NCBI GenBank assembly: GCA_903845045.1
Contig: CAIMWA010000683.1
Span: 1 to 61,583 of the forward strand
Direction: 5' to 3'
Length of the DNA: 61,583 nucleotides
Source: an uncultured delta proteobacterium
GTDB taxonomy: Bacteria > Myxococcota_A > Polyangia > Polyangiales > Ga0077539
Below the pieces are notes generated by a model that worked only from the letters and a program-made list of their open reading frames with translations, was not told the DNA's origin and made no database searches. This document shows positions 56,273-61,583 of the stretch, piece after piece (the first letter of the stretch is position 1; each line of letters opens with the position of its first letter). The translations under genes and the position numbers were made by a program.

Positions 56273-57007
56273 GTGGACGAGCCGCTGGTCGACGTCTTGT
56301 GCCGGCGCGCCGCCGCCGTGGCCGACATCGCCATGCGCGTGCAGCTCTTCCGCACGATGCTCGTCGCGGTGGAGATCGACGCGCTGCGCGACACCCTCGA
56401 CCGCCTCGCGGGGCGCGCGAGCCTCCGCGATCCGCCCGCGCAGATCGCCCTGCTCACCGCGGAGATCGCGCTGTGCTGGGAGCCGGCGCTGCAGCGCGCG
56501 GTGCACGGACCCCGCCTCGACGCGACGGCCGGCGACCCCGACCTCGTCGTCGCCGATGACGAGGCCCGCATCCCCGACTACGGCCGCGGCCGCGTGCTCA
56601 CCCTCGGCGAGCGCAAGTCCCTCGCGCGCCGCCAGGACCGGCGGCTCCTCGACCGCGTGCTCCGCGACCCGCACCCCGACGTCATCGAGCTGCTGTTGAT
56701 GAACCCGCGGCTCACCGAGGCCGACGTGGTGCGGCTCTGCGCGCGGCGGCCCAACGTCCCGCTCATCCTCCTGCGGGTCTTTCGGGCGCCGCGCTGGGCC
56801 GTGCGCCCTGCCGTGCGCGCCGCCATCGCGCTGAACCCCGCGACGCCGCCGGTCATCGCCGAGGCCATCGTTCCGCTCCTCGCGCCCGACGACCTGCGCT
56901 GCATCGCCGTCGACGAGCGCGCCGCCCCCGCCGTTCGCCAGCGCTGCGCCGACGTCATGCTCCGCGCCGTGCCCGTCGACACCGGCGCCGAGCCCGCGCT
57001 GCACTGA
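56273..57007 (+). CDS. Hypothetical protein with LRV/DUF2336-like helical repeats
   Basis: GAGGG RBS then GTG; 'LTLGERKSLARR...LLDRVLRDPHPDVI..LL.NPRLTE'. Confidence 0.7.
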   Translation: MDEPLVDVLCRRAAAVADIAMRVQLFRTMLVAVEIDALRDTLDRLAGRASLRDPPAQIALLTAEIALCWEPALQRAVHGPRLDATAGDPDLVVADDEARIPDYGRGRVLTLGERKSLARRQDRRLLDRVLRDPHPDVIELLLMNPRLTEADVVRLCARRPNVPLILLRVFRAPRWAVRPAVRAAIALNPATPPVIAEAIVPLLAPDDLRCIAVDERAAPAVRQRCADVMLRAVPVDTGAEPALH

Positions 57008-57010
57008 CCG

Positions 57011-58528
57011 TCAGTCGGCCGCGGTCGCGTCCATGGACTCGTCGAGGCCCGCGTCGGCGGCGTCGTCCGAGGCCCCGAGGTCCGCGCCCGCGTCCGTCGG
57101 CGCCGCGCCCAGGTCCGTGGAGATCACCGCGTCGTCCGGCGCGCCGAGGTCGAGCACCGCGTCCGTCGCAGCGCCGTCGCCGCCGTCGGGCTTCGGCCCC
57201 TCGGGGACGATCACCCGCACCGTGCGCTGGCCGATGACGAGCCCGTCGCCGACGAGCGTCACGTGCACGAAATACAACTGCGGGTATTCGCCGGCGGGCA
57301 TCGTGACGTTGCGCATGTGCACGCGGAACGTGAGCAGCGTGCGCGTGGGCACCGCGGTGAAGGTGTCGACGATGCCGTCGTGGGCGCCGGCGGGCAGGCG
57401 GTCCTCGCGACCCGGGGGAACGCCGCCGTCGGGAAGAAGCGCCGACACGGCCTCGATGGCGTGCACGAAGTCGTGCGTGTCGTCCGTGGGCTGGCCGTGC
57501 ACCTCGGTGAACGCCAGCGAGTCGAGAAACCGCAGGATGCCGTCGACGAGCGTGCTCCCGAGGCCCGTGCCATCGCTCTGGATGTCGAACACCAGCGGAC
57601 ACGAGGGCCCCGACGCAGGCCGCGCGGTGCCGCCGATGCCCGTGGTGCACTGGCCGTTCACCGCGGGCGCGACGGCGCCGGTGGCGACGGCGATGGCCTC
57701 CTCCTGGGCGCGGGCGGGCAGGCCCGACGCGATGCCGATCATGCGGGCGCCGATGAGCCGCAGCGCCGCAGCGGCCTGCGCGGTGGAGTGCGCGCCGGGC
57801 ACCGCGGATCCGTAGTCTTCGGGCTCGTGCGACGGCGCGTCGGTGACGTTGATCACGACGTGCGCGGCGCCAGGACGAAACCCCGCGCCGCCGAGCAGCC
57901 CCGCCGCGCGCCCCGCGGTGTACGGCGCGATGTTCCCCGCGGAGAGCCCCGTGAGGCCCTCGCCGGTGGCGATCTGGTACAGCGCCTCGCCCCAGGGTTC
58001 GGCGTCGTCGCCGCCGTTCTGCAGCGGGCGGTTCAGCGACTGCACGGCGCCCATGACCCGCCCGAGGTCCGCGGTGATCGGCGTGAGGAGGTTGTACGCT
58101 TGGTCCGTGCGCGCGCCGAACGGGGCGATGGGAAATTCCCCGAAGCGCGACACACCCATCTGCAGGTCTGGAACGCGGGCGCGGAGGCCCGGGATGATCA
58201 CCGTGTCGAGGGTGCCCTGCAGCGCGTCGATCTCGCCGCCGAAGCTGCCCGTGGTGTCGATGTTGAGGTGCACGTCGAGCTTCGTCGCCCGCGGCTCGAC
58301 CTGCATGTCGAAGGTGCGCTCGGGCGCGCCGTAGGGCATCACGAAGGTGACGTCGTAGGCGGGGTACGACGACGCCACGCGCGCGGGCAGCACGTCCGGC
58401 AGCGGTCCGAGATCGCCCAGCGTCGCCGGCGGTCCGGCGTCGGCCACGGCGGGCAGGCCCGGCGGGCGCGTGCCGCCGCAGCCGACGGCCAACACGGCCA
58501 GGACGAGCGTGCGAAGCGGCGCCTTCAC
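57011..58528 (-). CDS. Lipoprotein with von Willebrand A (integrin-beta-like) domain
   Basis: AVGC lipobox; MIDAS-like DTTGS; 'GGDDAEPWGEALYQ', 'VINVTDAPSH'; acidic tail. Confidence 0.7.
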   Translation of the reverse strand: MKAPLRTLVLAVLAVGCGGTRPPGLPAVADAGPPATLGDLGPLPDVLPARVASSYPAYDVTFVMPYGAPERTFDMQVEPRATKLDVHLNIDTTGSFGGEIDALQGTLDTVIIPGLRARVPDLQMGVSRFGEFPIAPFGARTDQAYNLLTPITADLGRVMGAVQSLNRPLQNGGDDAEPWGEALYQIATGEGLTGLSAGNIAPYTAGRAAGLLGGAGFRPGAAHVVINVTDAPSHEPEDYGSAVPGAHSTAQAAAALRLIGARMIGIASGLPARAQEEAIAVATGAVAPAVNGQCTTGIGGTARPASGPSCPLVFDIQSDGTGLGSTLVDGILRFLDSLAFTEVHGQPTDDTHDFVHAIEAVSALLPDGGVPPGREDRLPAGAHDGIVDTFTAVPTRTLLTFRVHMRNVTMPAGEYPQLYFVHVTLVGDGLVIGQRTVRVIVPEGPKPDGGDGAATDAVLDLGAPDDAVISTDLGAAPTDAGADLGASDDAADAGLDESMDATAAD

Positions 58529-58631
58529 GGTGCGCCGCACGGTAGCACGGCGCGCTCGCGGTCCCGGTGGAGCACGCAGACCGCGGGTGCGCGTTGACAC
58601 CTCCGGGGCCCGGGGTGTCCGATCTCGCATC

Positions 58632-59045
58632 ATGGGAAGAACGCTGAAGCCGTCCGCGGTGTCGACGGCGCTGCCCGCCCTCGCCGCGCTCCTCGCCGCC
58701 TGCAACCGCGAGTCGCGCACGGCCCCGGCGCCGCCCCCGCCGGGCCAGCCCGACACGACCTCGGCCCAGGACGCCGGCGCCCCGCAGCACCCCGTCGAGC
58801 CGGTGCACGTCGACCCGCACAACGTCCCCATGCACATGGGTGGCGCCGTGATGGTCGTGTCTCCGCGCCCGGCGCCGTCGGCGATGGCCGCCCCCGCTGC
58901 GCCTTCCGCTGCTGCGGCTGCTGCACCTGCCGCGGAGCGCGCTCCGGGCGTCTACGTCGTGCACAACCACCCGCAGGGAACGCCCTGCCGCCCGCTCTCG
59001 CACACCGAGGTGCGCCAGGCCGCGGAGCGCGTCGCGACGCCGTGA
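58632..59045 (+). CDS. Small Pro/Ala/His-rich lipoprotein
   Basis: LAAC lipobox; low-complexity body; C-terminal HNHPQGTPC. Confidence 0.55.
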   Translation: MGRTLKPSAVSTALPALAALLAACNRESRTAPAPPPPGQPDTTSAQDAGAPQHPVEPVHVDPHNVPMHMGGAVMVVSPRPAPSAMAAPAAPSAAAAAAPAAERAPGVYVVHNHPQGTPCRPLSHTEVRQAAERVATP

Positions 59046-60241
59046 CCCCCCGCGGACACCGGCTCTTCGACACCGCCTTCGGACGGGCCGGCATCGCGTG
59101 GAGCGACGCGGGGCTCGTGGCCGTGCAGCTCCCCGAGGCCACCGACGCCGACACCCTCGCCCGCCTCGCCGCGCGAAGCCCGCACGGCGTCGAGGACGCA
59201 CCAGCGCCCGCACCGGTACGCGACTCCATCGCCCTTCTCCAACGCCACCTCGAGACCGGCCGCGAGGACCTTCGGAGCATCGCCCTCGACCTCGGCGCAG
59301 CGCCCCCGTTTTACCAGTCTGTGTATGCTCGGCTTCGCGAGGTCACCCCCGGCCGCACCGTCGCCTACGCAGACCTCGCCCGCGCGGTGGGAGGGATCGG
59401 GCACGCGCGCGCCGTCGGCACCGCCATGGCGCGCAACCCGCTGCCCGTCGTCGTACCCTGCCACCGCGTGCTCGCCGCGGGCGGCGGCGGAGGCTTCTCG
59501 GCGCACGGCGGCCTGCGCACCAAGGCGCGGCTCCTGGCGCGCGAGGGCGCGGCGCTCCCCGACGACCTGCTCTCCTTCACGGTCCGCACCGGAACCCCTG
59601 AATTTCCCGTTGATCGCGCGCTCGTAGCGCTGTCGAAGCGCGACGCCGTGATGCGCGACCTCATCGCCACCGTCGGGCCCTTCACCCTCGAGCGCTCGCC
59701 CGCCGCGAGCACCTACGAGGCCCTCGCCCGCTCGGTGATCTACCAACAGCTCACGGGCAAGGCCGCGGCGACGATCCACGGACGGGTGACCGCCCTCGGG
59801 GCCGACGGTGCGTTCCCGGCGCCCGCTGACCTCGCGAGGCTCCCCGACGAGGCGCTGCGCGGGGCCGGCCTCTCCGGCGCGAAGGTGCGCGCGCTCCAGG
59901 ACCTCGCCGCGAAGACCCTCGCCGGCGCGCTCCCTGCGCTCGATGCGATGGACAGCCTCGACGACGACGCCATCGTCGCCGCGCTCAGCTCCGTGCGCGG
60001 CATCGGCCGCTGGAGCGCCGAGATGCTCTCGATGTTCACCCTCGGCCGCCCCGACGTGCTGCCCGTCGGCGACTACGGCGTGCGCAACGGCGTGCGCCTC
60101 GCCTACGGCCTGCGGGAGCTCCCGTCGGAGCAGGAGCTGGCCGCCCGCGGCGAGCGGTGGCGTCCGTGGCGCAGCGTCGCGAGTTGGTACCTCTGGCGCG
60201 CCGTGGACCTGCACCGCGGCACCCTCGCGCCCGCGTCGTGA
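59042..60241 (+). CDS. Fusion of O6-methylguanine-DNA methyltransferase (Ogt) and AlkA-type 3-methyladenine glycosylase
   Basis: N-half ARAVG...NPLPVVVPCHRV. C-half YQQL, HhH 'L..VRGIGRWSA', DVLPVGD and WRPWRS. Confidence 0.9.
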   Translation: MTPRGHRLFDTAFGRAGIAWSDAGLVAVQLPEATDADTLARLAARSPHGVEDAPAPAPVRDSIALLQRHLETGREDLRSIALDLGAAPPFYQSVYARLREVTPGRTVAYADLARAVGGIGHARAVGTAMARNPLPVVVPCHRVLAAGGGGGFSAHGGLRTKARLLAREGAALPDDLLSFTVRTGTPEFPVDRALVALSKRDAVMRDLIATVGPFTLERSPAASTYEALARSVIYQQLTGKAAATIHGRVTALGADGAFPAPADLARLPDEALRGAGLSGAKVRALQDLAAKTLAGALPALDAMDSLDDDAIVAALSSVRGIGRWSAEMLSMFTLGRPDVLPVGDYGVRNGVRLAYGLRELPSEQELAARGERWRPWRSVASWYLWRAVDLHRGTLAPAS

Positions 60242-60251
60242 CGAAGCGTCG

Positions 60252-60731
60252 TCAGCCGTAGCGCACGGCGAGCACCGTGTATTCGAGCGTCGCCCCGTCG
60301 GGACGGCGCACCGCCATGGTGTCGTCGACGGTCTTCTTGAGCAGCGCGCGACCGAGCGGCGAGCGCCACGAGATGTGCCGGCGCTCCAGGTCGACCTCGT
60401 CCTCGCCGACGATGTGCCAGGTGCTGAGCGCGCCCTCGTCGTCCTCGAGATCGACGGTGGCGCCGAAGAAGACCCGGTCGCCCTTCTGCTTCGCGGGGTC
60501 GACGACCTGCACGTTGCGCAGCCGCAGCCCCAGGAAGTTCAGCCTCCGGTCGATCTCGCGGAGCCGCTTCTTGCCGTAGATGTACTCGGCGTTCTCGCTG
60601 CGATCGCCCTGCGCGGCGGCGTCTTGCACCTCCTGCACGACGCGCGGGCGCTCCTTGCGCGACAGGAACTCCACCTCGTCGGCGATGCGCTGGTAGCCCG
60701 CGGGGGTGATGTAGTTCGGCGTGTCGGTCAT
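60252..60731 (-). CDS. greB: Transcription elongation factor GreB
   Basis: NYITPAG, AAAQGDRSENAEYIYGKKRLREIDRR and ISWRSPLGRALL motifs. Confidence 0.93.
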   Translation of the reverse strand: MTDTPNYITPAGYQRIADEVEFLSRKERPRVVQEVQDAAAQGDRSENAEYIYGKKRLREIDRRLNFLGLRLRNVQVVDPAKQKGDRVFFGATVDLEDDEGALSTWHIVGEDEVDLERRHISWRSPLGRALLKKTVDDTMAVRRPDGATLEYTVLAVRYG

Positions 60732-60816
60732 CGCTTCGGCGCAGCGTCGTCGCAACGCCCCGTCGCACGCAAGCCGCTGGCACGGCCGGGGTGAAGTGCG
60801 CTACCCCGTCGTCACC

Positions 60817-61527
60817 ATGAGCCCCCTCGACGCGGCCCGCGATCGCCTCGTCTTCGCCCTCGACGTCGCCGACGAGGACCGCGCCCGCGCCCTCGTCACC
60901 GAGCTTCGCGACTCCGTGGGCACCTTCAAGGTGGGCCTCGAGCTGCTCCTCCGCGGCGGCATGGAGCTCGCGCGCCGCATCACCGACGGCTCGGCCCTCT
61001 TCATCGACGCCAAGCTTCACGACGTGCCCGCCACCGTCGAGCGCGCCACCGCGCAGATCGTCGGCGCCGGGCTGCCGGTGCGCTTCATCACCGTGCACGA
61101 GCCCGTCTCCGCCGCCGTGCGCGGGGCCGCCGGGCGCGCGGGCATCTTACGTGTCACCGTACTCACGTCGCAGCCCGCCGACGCCCGGGGCGAGGCCGCC
61201 CTCACCGAGACCGTGGTCGCCCGCGCCGTCGAGGCGCAGCGTGATGGGGCCGCGGGCATCGTGTGCTCGCCCCGCGAGCTCCGCGCCGTGCGTGCGGTGC
61301 TCCCGTCGTTTCCGTGCGTGACCCCGGGCGTGCGTCCGGCCTGGGCCAGCGTCGACGGCGACGACCAGCGCCGCACGGCCACCGCCTCCGAGGCCATCCG
61401 CGACGGCGCGTCGTGCATCGTGGTCGGCCGCCCCATCCGCGACGCGCGCGTGCCCCGCGACGCCGCCCGCCGCGTGCTCGAAGAGATCGCCGAAGCCGCC
61501 GGTGCTTCTCCTTCTGCGCGCGCCTAG
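60817..61527 (+). CDS. pyrF: Orotidine-5'-phosphate decarboxylase
   Basis: VFALD, FKVGLEL, DAKLHDVPATV, VTVLTS, TPGVR, DDQ.R and VVGRPI motifs. Confidence 0.92.
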   Translation: MSPLDAARDRLVFALDVADEDRARALVTELRDSVGTFKVGLELLLRGGMELARRITDGSALFIDAKLHDVPATVERATAQIVGAGLPVRFITVHEPVSAAVRGAAGRAGILRVTVLTSQPADARGEAALTETVVARAVEAQRDGAAGIVCSPRELRAVRAVLPSFPCVTPGVRPAWASVDGDDQRRTATASEAIRDGASCIVVGRPIRDARVPRDAARRVLEEIAEAAGASPSARA

Positions 61528-61583
61528 GAACATCCGCCCGCCCTCGCGGGTTGCCCCTCTCACCGCAGGAGGCCATCGCATGA

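Noticed and set aside
1-61583. Numerous long Arg/Ala/Gly/Pro-rich ORFs in the six-frame track (e.g. 9057-11981, 23248-26484, 35119-38013, most of 52701-56150)
   Set aside because: These are shadow frames of real genes caused by high GC; they show no motifs and the wrong codon-position pattern.
1-61583. Transposase/RAYT, integrase, prophage, tRNA or rRNA genes
   Set aside because: No HUH/DDE/tyrosine-recombinase motifs, phage structural genes or tRNA/rRNA signatures were recognised in the window.

Overview
Very GC-rich (roughly 70-75% by eye) bacterial chromosomal window. It most likely comes from a Myxococcota/Polyangia-like organism, inferred from a myxobacterial-type pilin C-terminus, a MYXO-CTERM protein and many Cys-rich lipoproteins. 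About 55 credible CDSs cover metabolism and housekeeping (pfkA, gloB, tnaA, glpA/glpB-like, glyQ, U32/RlhA-like, ogt-alkA fusion, greB, pyrF), envelope functions (triple-DsbA, 2x SGNH + MBOAT O-acyltransferase cluster, rhomboid, TonB-like), signalling (kinase + degenerate kinase pair, PAS + MBL hydrolase) and many surface proteins. I saw no rRNA, tRNA, transposase, integrase or cas gene. The most interesting signals fall outside standard annotation. (1) A sigma54 promoter, a C/U-rich tract with nine YUUCG motifs and an intrinsic terminator at 56070-56242 define a candidate ~147-nt sRNA. (2) A twin-arginine small protein with three DxDSGxxxDxxxHG cores lies divergent from a JmjC/ROX-type oxygenase (48279-50094), a candidate new peptide-modification system. 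(3) A dispersed, non-palindromic 23-bp repeat GGGGACACAGTTACGTTGTTGCA occurs in 13 copies at 4 intergenic loci. (4) A fully symmetric 132-bp palindromic element lies upstream of tnaA. All functional calls come from motif recognition by eye; no database searches were run.
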